Shown here: positions 12,285 to 24,974 of the stretch, one piece after another
Position numbering within the stretch: the first letter of the stretch is position 1
How the letters are laid out: each line of letters begins with the position of its first letter
Source: Octopus vulgaris
Taxonomy: Eukaryota
Reading direction: 5' to 3'
NCBI GenBank assembly: GCA_951406725.2
Contig: OX597841.1
Location: 558,001 to 622,000 of the forward strand
DNA: 64,000 nucleotides
Made by a program: the position numbers and the translations under genes
Notes under the pieces: model-generated
Seen by the model: the letters and a program-made list of their open reading frames with translations, nothing else
Told to the model about the DNA's origin: nothing
The model's database searches: none

Positions 12285-12582
12285 ATGGCAGTGCAGCTGT
12301 TAACATTTACAATAATTCTGGCGGTTGCCTTTGCTCAGGAATTTCATGATGCTTACTACGAACGTTTGCCTCCTGGTTACCCTTATGGATACCTTCAGAC
12401 GAATCCATCGGAAAAATTCTATAAGAGAGAAAGTCTACTGGAATGTACTGGCATCGCTCTACAGAGCCAATCAGAATTCTTTACTTACAACGATGTCAGC
12501 CGTGTTTGTAAGAATTACTCACCGAAAGATATAATGACAGTCGTCAGCACGAGTGACAGCAACGAGATTGCCTTCTATAGAT
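12285..12582 (+). CDS. Paralogue A coding exon 1: signal peptide + degenerate PAN/Apple-like module
   Basis: MAVQLLTFTIILAVAFA|QEF...ECTGIALQSQSEFFTYNDVSRVCK...EIAFYR. Upstream acceptor CTTGTCCAG at 12279; phase-1 donor T|GTAAGT. Homologous to 44725-45025. Confidence 0.85.
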
Positions 12583-12734
12583 GTAAGTGGAGCTTCCTTA
12601 TTGTTAATGTCGTGGTGTTTTTTTTTCTTTTTACGCGGTTAGTGGTAGTTCCTCTCAGCATATTCTCATCGTTATTAAATGACTTTGAAACACACTTGAT
12701 GCACTTCTAACAGTTATTACTCCATTTTTTTTTC

Positions 12735-12773
<39 letters not shown>

Positions 12774-14288
12774 CAGAGAGAGAGAGTGGGGGGAGAGAGA
12801 GTGATTGACAGAGAGAGATAGATATAATGAGAGAATGAGAAAAAGGGTAGACAAAAAGACAGACAGAGGACGAAAAGATGTTGAAACTTTGCTGGGAACA
12901 CCCGCGGGCTATCGGAAGGTGAATGTAAGTGGAGTGGTAAAGTGGACTGATGGAGGTGAGAGGGAACTGAGAAGATGAACATGTGAAAGGGGATTGGACA
13001 ATGTAGAAGAGGGGAGAACATAATGAGAGATAAATACGTGTTTGTGAAGAAGGATATAATTTAAAGAATCGTAATCTACGATGTCCGTTGAGATACACTC
13101 GAAGCAACATTTAACACAAAGAGAAAGAAAGAAGCAAAGCAGTAACGTATTTTACAGCATAGAATCCGACACAGTGAATGTCATAAGCATGTAGTGTAAG
13201 CATTTAAACATCGTCTCTATCTTCCGAAATCTTACAGCATTTCACATAGAAATTTCCTTTTGGTTCCAAAGTCGTCTTGGTGTATAAGTCGACATACAAT
13301 TTGGGGTATAAATTTTGATTTCAAAAATTCTGCTTGCATTCCGAAAGTAGGGTTCAGACTGAATTTGTTGAAACAGAGTAGCAGGACCCTTTCAGTTAGG
13401 AATACACATGGGTATATTAAGGGAAACAGTGTAAACTGAGCTCAATTGGGAGCTGAATTTTATCATAGATTTACGGGACTCTTCCCCAACACACAAACAC
13501 ACGATGGGTTTTCACACGTGCGCAGGTGGGTAGCAAGGTGGATTGGCATACTCGTTAAAATATTATTTGCTTTATTAATCCTGTAGGTTTCTCAGACTAA
13601 ATCACGCTGAGGTCAACTTTACCTGTCATCTTACCCTGATCGATAAAATAAAATATCAGTGAAATTCTTGGCTCCATAACAACTTATAACCCACACCCTC
13701 ATATTTCAGGCATTGTCTAAACTAGAAAATCCCAAGATATATATTCTTAGAGAAAGCACCAGATATTTTTCTTAAGTCTCTGGGGTTTGTATGCGTGTAG
13801 AGGCGGGGCCGTCAGCATCACACATCCTAATCCAGTTCACCCAACTGGGGTTGAACAACTTCTTGCTTGTATCCCATTGGCATTAAATCACGGATCTGCC
13901 CTAATTTTCCAAAAATAGTATCTAACCCTTTGCCTGTCGAAAGCCTGTTTATATGTTTGCCCTAAACGTGCACAGTTTAATTTAGCCCTTCTTTATGTTA
14001 ATCTCTGAATCATATAAATGTTTCTTTCCCAAAAGCCCAAGATGAGAACTTGTATAGCAGATGATGCATGGAAACAGACGAAATATGTCTTGTGTATCAC
14101 ATGTGATACCCAGGCCAGGAAAAGACTTAAGATGAATGTTATGGAGTCTGTTGATGATTTTCTTTCCTTTATTAGCTTTTCATTATATGTAAACCTCAAC
14201 AATTTCAGGTTGTCAGTGTTTTGTCTCCCTTATTCCTCGACGTGGTGGCAAATACATGAAATCATTATTATCATTATTATCATTATTA

Positions 14289-14397
<109 letters not shown>

Positions 14398-14937
14398 TGA
14401 GTGAGAGAGCAGTGCATGCCATCAAAGTGACACTGGGGTACAAATATACGAAGCCCTGTATACCCATCATGACTACCCGTCTGATAAGGGTACACCAGGC
14501 ACATGCATCACAACCATATGTGCGCGACATGGTGATCTCATATCAAAATAAACAGCACATGACCTTGCAGGTGGGGCCCAGTTAGAATTTTCTTCAGGTT
14601 GAGTAGCCCATCCCGCTCAAAGGTCCCTGAATAAGGGTTGTTTAAGGATGCTGAAAGAACCACCCATGTGTCCAGAGGTGAATTAATCCCTCTCAAGACA
14701 TGGCTATGATGCTCCCCCACTACTTCTGCTCGTGATCAGTGTTGCACATATCGTTAGCTACTAAGGGACATGCTCAACTGGTTACGGTCAAACAACTGAC
14801 AAGCAAATCTGTGGTACTGAGCAGAATATTTGCTGTAGCCCATCTTTTATACCAAGACAAAACAATGTACATGATGACACTTCCAATCAATTAAGATCAG
14901 AAGCCATGAGAGCCACTGCCTGGTACTGCATCAGGGC

Positions 14938-14938
<1 letters not shown>
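14398..14938. mobile_element. ~540-bp dispersed non-coding element always embedded in (ATT)n
   Basis: GAGTGAGAGAGCAGTGCATGCCATCAAAGTGAC...GGTACTGCATCAG. Four copies (14398-14938, 15308-15722, 45411-45961, 46067-46550), each bounded by ATT or AAT-rich repeats. Confidence 0.8.
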
Positions 14939-15017
<79 letters not shown>

Positions 15018-15225
15018 TATGTTTGACTTTTGCTTTATGTCTGTACAAGTTGGCTTCAAGTCTCACCCAGAGACCTCAAGAGACAACAGGTTGGAAGTTC
15101 TGTGCCATATATTTGGGGTTTTTTGTTTGTTTGTTTTTTTTGTGTTGGACTAGTGATGTCTAATACATAAAAAAAAAAAAATAAATAAAAAATAATAATA
15201 AAAAAGTTTGTTTTAAACCTTATTA

Positions 15226-15284
<59 letters not shown>

Positions 15285-16430
15285 ATTATTATTATTATTA
15301 TTACTATTGAGTGAGAGAGCAGTGCATGCCATCAAAGTGACACTTGGGTACAAATATACGAAGTTCAGTATACCCATCATGACTAACCGTCTGATGAGGG
15401 TACACTAGGCATATGCATCACAACCAATTGTTCGCAACATGGGAATCTCATATCAAGATAAACAGTGCATGACCTTGCAAGAGGGGCCCAGTTAGAATTT
15501 TCTTCTGGTTGGGTAACCCATCCCACTCAAAAGGTCCCTGATTAAGGGTTGTTTAAGGATGTTGAATGAAACAGAGGTGAATTGTTCAAACCCCAAAGAC
15601 CCTCTCAACACATGGCTATGATGCTCCCCCACTACTTCTACTCGTGATCAGAGATGCACATATCGTCAGCCACTACGGGACATGCTCAACTGGTTACGGT
15701 CAAACAACTGACAAGCAAATCTGTAAGTAATAATAGTAAAAGCAGTAATAATAATAATTATCATAGACAAAAGACTCCCCTTTAGGGGAGTGGTCAGTAA
15801 ATGGGAAACAAAATCGATGAAATCAACTTACGATACATGACTGGTCAAAGTTTTATTGAACCCAGCATAAAGTAAAGCTGGGGGACCTGGGTGGGACTTG
15901 ATCTCAAATTTGAATAATCTTGTCGTTCTTCTCGTGAGGTGGCAAAATTGAGTAACAAACAAAATCTTGTGGGAACATGTGAGCCAGTAACCTACGGGAT
16001 CTCAGATCAGGAGCAAGGAATGAGGTTAGCTAGGACACATCGAGCGGAAACCTCTTTCTGATTTTACAAGGCAAGCCATCCGATGAATATCGCAAGGAAG
16101 GCAGAAGCGTGACAGATAAAAAAAAAACATGGAAAAGCTCAACAGAAACTGAAGAAATGGTTGATGGTTAGACCTGGGGATAACTGCAATTCATTGCCAA
16201 ATTTACCAGCCTATAGCGATCTGTTACTGGTGTCCTGTACTCTACATGGAGTTAAGGAAATGAAGAAGACATATCGTGTTTTTCTCTTATATATCTGCCA
16301 ACTAAACTTAACGTTTCAATATTTTCTCTCATGGATAGATGGCTACACATTTTGGTGGGTAGAAGCATTAGTTTTCATTAATTCTATTAACTCTATTTAG
16401 CAGACAATGATTGATCTAGCAGCCATTGAT

Positions 16431-16538
16431 CAAGATTATTTGAGAACGTACGTTTCTAGATCAGCCAAATACAATTCGACAAAGAAATGTCGAATTGTAT
16501 TTGGCTGATCTAGAAACGTACGTTCTCAAATAATCTTG
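16431..16538. repeat. Perfect 51-bp palindrome (6-nt spacer) at the 5' end of a PLE-type terminal-repeat fragment (16431-16730)
   Basis: CAAGATTATTTGAGAACGTACG...TTCGACA aagaaa TGTCGAA...CGTACGTTCTCAAATAATCTTG. Downstream sequence resembles 55660-55870. Confidence 0.9.
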
Positions 16539-16723
16539 CACTTGTGATTTTTTAATGTTTTCACCCCCATACCTTCGTAGGTCATTTTGAGTAAGCACTA
16601 TCTGAGAGAAATTTTCTTTAAGTATTAGAAATGGCTAAAAAAATCTTTTTTTTGGCTGCTATTTCTAATGAGTTCAGTATGTGGCAAAGTAATTTATTTT
16701 ACTAAGCCCTTTTATACAATGTA

Positions 16724-16800
<77 letters not shown>

Positions 16801-17826
16801 TTGTGTGTCTATGTTTGTCCCCCTAGCATTGCTTGACAACCGATGCTGGTGTGTTTATGTCCCCGTCACTTTAGCGGTTTTACGTGTCTACATGTTCATT
16901 TCTTTTGCAGGTGAAACTAGTGATTAGCAAAAACTAACACTCTTGTATATATTCTATCAATTTCTTTGGACGAACCGCTATGTTACGGGGGACATCAACA
17001 CAAGGAAACCATTTGTCAAGTGCTAGGAGTGAAATACACACACACATACACAGACGCAAAAACACATACAATGTGCGTGTAATGGGGCTAAAAACGCATG
17101 GATTATTTGTGTATTACGAGGTGTGTTTTAGTAGCAGAATTTTGTTATTGTTACCACATTGCGTCATGCAGCTTGGAATGGAACACTATGAGATCCTGTG
17201 TTTTCATAACATTACCAAAGGAAATTTCCAAGCGAAGGGTAATTAAATATATATTATTTGATACATTTATGGATGGTAAGATACCTATTAGGCGAGTGAC
17301 AAATAAAAATCGTTAATTTCGCGGGTTATACAGATTCAATGGTCTCAAAGGAAGGATGTAATAAAAATGAGTGGAAATTAGACTAACAACTAAAGAAATA
17401 TATTTTAAAGTATCTCGATCACTTTAACTTGATCCAATTATTTTTCATTATGCGAGTGCTAACGTGTGGCGCAGGAGGCTGTGTGGTAAGTAGCTTGCTT
17501 ACCAGCCACATGGTTCCGGGTTCAGTCCCACTGCGTGGCATCTTGGGCAAGTGTCTTCTGCTATAGCCCCGGGCCGACCAATGTCTTATGAGTGGATTTG
17601 GTAGACGGAAACTGAAAGAAGCCTGTCGTATATATGTATATATATATATATGTGTGTGTGTGTTTGTGTGTCTGTGTTTGTCCCCCTAGCATTGCTGGTG
17701 TGTTCGGCAAATGAGACCGATAGAATAAGTACTGGGCTTACAAAGAAATTAGTCCCGGGTCGAGTTGCTCGACTAAAGGCGGTGCTCCAGCATGGCCGCA
17801 GTCTACTGACTGAAACAAGTAAAAGA

Positions 17827-17867
<41 letters not shown>

Positions 17868-17923
17868 CGTATATGTATGCATGTGCATGTGTGTACGTGT
17901 CTACATGTTCATTTCTATTGCAG

Positions 17924-18087
17924 GTGAAACTAGTGATTAGCAAAAACCAAACCGATGTGGTAACTATGATATTTAATGGACGAAATACAACCATTGAAAG
18001 CTGGTTCTCTCGGAAAAACTTGAAAAGTTCACCATGGAACGACCTGGCTTCAGCCACCGGACTTGAATTCTCAATTAAGGGATTCGG
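17924..18087 (+). CDS. Paralogue A exon 3
   Basis: TTGCAG|VKLVISKNQTDVVTMIFNGRNTTIESWFSRKNLKSSPWNDLASATGLEFSIKGF|GTATGT. 164 nt, same length and phases as exon 3 of B and D. Confidence 0.9.
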
Positions 18088-18409
18088 GTATGTTTATATA
18101 TTTTCTTTTCTTGTGACGTAGAGATTGTCTTGTTATGTAGAGACTTATAGATTTAAAATCACTTTTCGTTTGTTTCTCATATATTTCAACGCTAAACATT
18201 TAAACGCGAAACGTTCTGAAGACGAACAACGCATTTTCAGGCTTTCAAAATTATATCTTCATTTATTATCATATACAGAATTCAAATGGGAGCAAATATA
18301 GCTTCCGTCGCTAACATTGAAATCTATCGAGCCTTCTGGATACTGCAGCACAGGTGATTTGTTGAGAACAATTTTTCTCTATCAGTCGAGATTAAATAAT
18401 GGATGGAAG

Positions 18410-18786
18410 CACTCCGTCGGTTACGACGACGAGGGTTCCGGTTGATCCGAATCAACAGAACAGCCTGCTGGTGAAATTAACGTGTAAGTGGCTGAGCACT
18501 CCACAGACGCGTGTACCCTTAACGTAGTCCTCGGGGATTTTGAGCGTGACGCAGAGAGTGACAAGGCCGGCCCTTTGAAATACAGGTACAACAGAAACAG
18601 GAAGTAAGAGTGTGAGAAGGTTGTGGTGAAAGAGTACAGCAGGGATCACCACCATCCCCTGCCGGAGCCTCGTGGAGCTTTTGGTGTTTTCGCTCAATAA
18701 ACACTCACAACGCCCGGTCTGGGAATCGAAACCGCAATCCTATGACCGCGAGTCCGCTGCCCTAACCACTGGGCAATTGCGCCTCC
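18410..18786 (-). mobile_element. tRNA-derived SINE family 4
   Basis: Head GGAGGCGCAATTGCCCAGTGGTTAGGGCAGCGG...GGTTTCGATTCCC and tail ...CCCTCGTCGTCGTAACCGACGGAGT. Related copies at 29773-29945 and 58097-58449. Confidence 0.8.
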
Positions 18787-20180
18787 AACGAGATTAAATA
18801 ATACTTGGCATGTGGATGCCAAACGCTATTTACTCTTTACTCTTTACTCTTTTACTTGTTTCAGTCATTTGACTGCGGCCATGCTGGAGGACCGCCTTTA
18901 ATCGAGCAACTTGACCCCGGGACTTAATCTTTTGTAAGCCCAGTACTTATTCTATCTGTCTCTTTTGCCGAACCGCTAAGTAACGGGGACATAAACGCAC
19001 CAGCATCGGTTGTCAAGCAATGCTAGGGGACAAACACAGACACACAAACACACACACGCATATATATATATATACATATATACGACAGGCTTCTCTCAGT
19101 TTCCGTCTACCAAATCCACTTTCAAGGCTTTGGTCGGCCCGAGGCTATAGTAGAAAACACTTGCCATAGGTGCCATGTGGTTGGTAAACAAGCTACTTAC
19201 CACACAGCCACACCTGCGCCGATATTTTTAAAAAGACACAGAAATACTGATTTAGCAACCCCACTGCCGCTGCTAGAGACTCTTTATCTCTTAATAATAC
19301 ATTTCTGTATTTTCAACACCACACGTCTAAATGAAATGCTTTCTCTTCACCAATTGTGTAGTTTCCTGGCTTTCACGTCAAAAGGCATGTTTTAAAGTGC
19401 GAAACACGAAAATATACATTCACCTTAAAATGAATACTATTATTAAATTTATTTGTCTCTGTTCCTTTTAAGTATTATTACATTCTATTATATTTATTTC
19501 ACTTGGCGCTTTGCTAAGATGTTCAACACGGGAAAATATTATCGTTTATATGTTCGAGCGTTTTGTAGATTTTTTGCTAAATTGTATGCCTCGTGTGTAC
19601 TTTTGCCTTTCCTTACATTTTCACATTTGCACAAATCTGCGCGCGCGTGTGTGTGTATGTATGTGTGTGCATATGTGTCTGCCTGTGAGTGTGCGTTTGC
19701 GTATGTCTGTATTTCTGTATATATGTCGTTTATATGTATGTGAGTGCTTACGAACTCATATTTGGTGTAAGATAGATCTCATTTGAAATGGAATCTATAG
19801 ACGGGCCTGTGGGCTGCCACTGCACATTCTAACATATATGTAGCATACATAACGTATATACAATCTCGACAGGCCAGTTACTGCAATATTTGTGTCCTGA
19901 AATAACATCTTTTGCTCTCACTGGCCGCTGCTGGAACGAATTTCGGTGTCTATCCGATAGACAGCAAATCCATAATACATGCTATTTCAGGAAAAATACT
20001 TCAGTAAATAGTCTATCGCGAGTGTGTATATACACATTAAGTATGATACCCAGATGGCTATTTTAATTAAATTCTGATTGATCTAACTGCATATAGCAGA
20101 CATAATGGTATGTTTTCTAGAAGTTTAGATTTTCATATTCTGAAACCCAAACAAGTTTTTTTCTTTTTCTATCTCCGTAG

Positions 20181-20341
20181 TCTTACACGTCGCTTCTATA
20201 TAACAATACCTGGTAATTGTAACGGGGACAGTGGCTGGTTGGCCATCATTGAGGCGACAGGTGGCTGTCAGTGGGAAAAGTCAGATCACTACCCTTTAAT
20301 TCGTTATTCTGATACAAAATCGAAAGTCATATGGAACAACA
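20181..20341 (+). CDS. Paralogue A exon 4
   Basis: CCGTAG|LTRRFYITIPGNCNGDSGWLAIIEATGGCQWEKSDHYPLIRYSDTKSKVIWNN|GTAAGT. 161 nt, phase 2 to phase 1. Confidence 0.9.
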
Positions 20342-20607
20342 GTAAGTGATATTGTATCTTCTGTGTGTGTGTGCGTTTGTCTTACTGTGAGTAGTAGTAC
20401 TAAATGTTAATTTTTTACTTATTGTTTAGCGGCCAATCTGCCTTGATTCAACTGATTTATATTCAAAGGCGTTCCAACAATGACCGACCCACAAAACGAT
20501 GCAGAGATTCGGCTGCCATTTCTAGTAATTCGAGTGATCACGTATAAAGTACTCCCACGATATATTTCAATACCTTTGGTTGTTAATGTTGTTGTTGTTA
20601 CTTGCAG

Positions 20608-20663
20608 GTTATGGATTAGCAGACTCCACGGCCATATTCATCCGCCTGAGGCAGCAGAACTAA
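20608..20663 (+). CDS. Paralogue A exon 5 (terminal)
   Basis: TTGCAG|(S)YGLADSTAIFIRLRQQN*; AATAAA at 20763. Confidence 0.85.
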
Positions 20664-20911
20664 CCCAGCACATGATACCCATTGATACTATTGATGTTGT
20701 TAACGTTCATCTAATCCAGCTGACCACCACTGGTGAGCCGCATAAGTCAAGTAATACCTATTAATAAAGAATCCATACAAATATTCTATCCAGCATCGGT
20801 CTTTTGAGTTGTGATTTTCATTATCTTTTCTACAGACAGAGAGAGAAAGAAAGAGAGAAAGAGCGACAGAGAGATACAGAGTTGTTGTTATTCCAGCTTA
20901 CGAGTGTCCAG

Positions 20912-20956
<45 letters not shown>

Positions 20957-20957
<1 letters not shown>

Positions 20958-21858
20958 AGTTGTGTGTATGTGTGCGTGTGTGTAGATATTTGAGGACTTG
21001 TCTCTGTATTGTGCGAAAACTGCCAGGAAATGAAGATTATCTGAACTATCTATACTACAATGGAAAAAACTTCTTATTAATTAGGCATGTGACGATAATT
21101 AAAGTACTAAAAAAACGCAATTATTAAAGGGCTAATTGTCTGGAAATATTTTTAAAGAAATTTCCCATAACTTCCATTTCTCAAGTTTCTTGGAGTATTT
21201 TTCAACTCTCATTTCTCGCAAATTTAAATATTCATTGCATTCACTGTGTCCAGTTAATCACAAATTAAAATATTCTTTGCATTCCCTGCGTCCAATTAAT
21301 CACAAATTTAAGTATTCTTTGCATTGACTGAAGAGTATTCTATTCTCATTTGCAATGCTTCTCACTTACAATTTTAAATTTTTATTTGCTATTTGGAAAA
21401 CCGACAGTTTATTCTATTAATATAATGCGTAATTTATTATTTATTGAATGGAAATTTTTAAAATACCCGTATAATTTTTGAATGTGGGATAGCTCTGAGA
21501 AGAACCTCGAAATTTGGCTTATTACTATTAGAAGACAAGAAGAAAACATTTCCGACAAATACTCGAAACCTGCACCTTATTCACGGTTTCCCAATACTCT
21601 GTTCCACTAAACCAATATTTACACAAGTTGGCGGCGAGCTGGCAGAACCGTTAACAGGGCGGGCGAAATGCGTAGCCATATTTCGTCTGCCGCTACGTTC
21701 TGAGTTCAAATTCCGCCGAGGTATATTTTGCCTTTCATCCTTTCGGGGTGGATTAAATAAGTACCAGTTACGCACTGGGGTCGATATAATGGACTCAGTC
21801 CGTTTGTCTGTCCTTGTTTGTCTCCTCTATGTTTAGCCCCTTGTGGGTAGTAAAGAAA
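20957..21858 (+). repeat. ~900-bp direct repeat (second copy 27880-28781) bracketing two PLE insertions
   Basis: Near-identical from AGTTGTGTGTATGTGTGCG to GGGTAGTAAAGAAA. Confidence 0.9.
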
Positions 21859-21949
21859 CAAATATTTACACAAGTTGCACGAGCGACTTCAACAGTGACA
21901 CCTTCGCGCGCACACATAGATACACATACACACAATTGAAAGGCAATGA

Positions 21950-21984
<35 letters not shown>

Positions 21985-22153
21985 CTGTTCACTGGCAAGA
22001 CTTCGTGCTGCATCGACACAAATGAAATTTCAATGTTGAAGTGAAACTGCTACTTCTTAAATAGAGAGGCCCTTTAACGGGTTGAACTTAAATACTCGTC
22101 TGCCGTTACGTTCTGAGTTCAAATTCCGTTGAGGTCGACTTTGCCTTTCATCC

Positions 22154-23965
22154 TATGATATCATATTTTCTCTCACAATTCCTACGACCATTAATAGAGC
22201 TATCTGCGGATGTATGTGACAGTACTGAGGACCTCCTTAGCAGGATCCGCGAATGCAACAACACGTGTGACCTCAAGAACCACATCGTGGGTAGCATGGA
22301 TGTGGTATCACTATACCCCTCCATCGATGTAGACTTTGCTGTCGATAAATGTATAGAAATAGTTAGTGAGAGTGGTATGATATTTAAGAATGTGGATGTA
22401 TATGAACTACGGCTCTTCCTGGCCCTGACGTGTACCAATGAATACCTGTCGCGCAATAACCTTCTATATGTTTGTCCCACCCGTAACAAACGCGGTAGAC
22501 CACCTACCATTACCTCAGCATACAGGTAGACTCACTGTGAGCGCTGGCAGGGATGGACAAAGCCGGACTACCCACCTTTAAGTGCACACGACATTAGAAC
22601 CACCATCGCACATGCTATCGGTGTCAGCCTGAGAATTACGCTAAAAACACATATTTTTAAGTTTGACAACAAACTGTATAGGCAGACGAAAGGTGGTGCT
22701 ATTGGAGTGGGGATCGCCGGTGACGTTGCAAACCTCTTCATGGTATGGTGGGGCAAACATTTTAAACAGTGCCTAGCAAACCACTTGGCTATGTACTCTC
22801 GTTACGTCGACGACATTAACCTTGTTGTGAAATATAATACAGACACAGTTATGGGCCCTCTACCAAGTGAAGAACAGGTGATGACATCTATACAACACAT
22901 AGCTGACTCTATCCACAGCAGTATAAAATTTACCATAGACTACCCCTCTAAACACCCCAGTAAACGATTACCCGTCCTAGATACTGAGCTATGGATGGAA
23001 GATGCTATGGTTAATGGAACCATTAAACCCTGTATACTCCACTCACACTATCAGAAACCGATGGCTAATCCACTAGTAATCCGTAGTGACTCAGCTATGT
23101 CGGATACTGCCAAACTCAACATCCTAGTGGCAGACTTAATTAGAGTAATGAGGAATGTATCACCACTATGCCAACCACAAGAACGACAACAACACATCCA
23201 GCACTACATATTCCAAATGCAACGCTCCGGATACACACAAGACGATAGAGTCAGAGTGTACAAAAGAGCGAAAGCTAGATTCGAACGCATTCTAAGGAAC
23301 TACGAAGACGATATATGCCCCCTATACCGCAACAAGTTCTGGAATAGGTTAGAGAGGGACACCAACAAAAGGAGGAGAAACGTTACTTGGTACGATAACA
23401 GGAGATTTCACGGAGTAATGTTCGTTGACGCTACACCTAAGAACGAGCTAAGTAAGGCATTCAAGAAAATCCTGCGCACTACTGGCCTAAAAATTAAAGT
23501 TGTAGAAAAGACAGGTAGGACTATCAAATCGGCATTATGCAGATCATATCCATTTGATAGAATCACCTGTCAAAGTAATTGTGCAGTATGTTCGACAAAT
23601 CCACATGTAAACTGCAAAAACAAAGGGCACTGTATACCAGATTAAGTGCCAGGAGGGAGAGCTTGCGCGACTAACCCAGAGTCATACATAGGTGAGACTT
23701 CTAGAAGCATCAATGATAGGTTCAAAGAACACCTGGACAACTACATTGAAAGGAAGCCAAACTCCATCTTCTACCAACATGCTGTAGACTGCCACAAAGG
23801 ATCCTTAGGGAAACTTAAGTTGAACATCCTATCAACACATCCCACCGATGCAATGTTGAGACAGGTCACAGAAGCTGTTTGTATACAAGAATACAAACCT
23901 ACTCTCAACCGAAAATCCGAATGGAGTAACATCTAGATCCCATTCAGAAGGACTATTCTATAACC

Positions 23966-23967
<2 letters not shown>
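22154..23967 (+). mobile_element. Penelope-like retroelement (RT + GIY-YIG), 5'-truncated and degenerate
   Basis: GSMDVVSLYPSID, QTKGGAIG, YSRYVDD, CxxxCxxC, YQIKC...YIGETSRS...LNRKSEW. Stop at 22527 and a frameshift near 23625. Ends at (CT)n. Confidence 0.92.
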
Positions 23968-24027
<60 letters not shown>

Positions 24028-24974
24028 TACTTGTAGTCCTTACATACAGGTTGCAATGCGTATGTGCAGTTATATATAACCGTATGAGCGTACGTTGTTT
24101 GATACGTACAGTTGCACTTAGGCGTTGTATCCATTCACAGATAGACGGTGATGAGAGGAACAAACACACACCCACACATATATATATATATGTGTGCGTC
24201 TATACAAACATATATGTGAATATGTATACAACCTTCAGCAAAGTAACAGTCATGTACACAACTTGGACGGACACATGACTGTACACGGGCATACGTTCAC
24301 ATACACATACACATGTACACACTCTCACAGACACGTCTGCCCATTCTCCTAGACACTCACATACATACGTAGCACATGAGTACAAACAAACATACATACC
24401 TACGTATGGGCATACACACGTACATACGCACGAACATGTACGCACACACATACATGGGCACATGCATACGTGCGCGTATACATACATACGCACATGCGTA
24501 CGTATGTACATACACGCATACATACATACATACATACATACATACATACATACATACATACATACATACATACATACATACACACAATAGTAAAACAAAA
24601 GTTCTGTGATATAGAGATAAATATCTGATAATAGGTTTTAGGGTATAGTTTTGGGAGTGAGGGTCGTAAATCACTTCCTGGTTTCGGCGGGGGAAGTTGA
24701 AATTTGATAGCTTTGTGATGAGTGGTCACTCTACATCTATTCATCACTACAGGTTTATAGCTTTATGTTTATAGTGTGTATGTGCGTGCATATACACACA
24801 CATACATACATACATACATACATACATACATACATACATACATACATACACAGGCGTATGTACGTACATGCATACATACATACATACATACATACATACG
24901 TACATACATACATACATGCATACATATGTGTATGCATACATACACACATACATACGTACATATGTGTGACGAAC

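Larger units (their letters stand above)
16007..20423 (+). repeat. Inverted segmental duplication, copy 1 (copy 2 at 36297-39536, minus strand)
   Basis: Collinear reverse-complement match, e.g. ORF pairs 16980/38112, 17650/37419 and 20110/36371. Confidence 0.95.
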
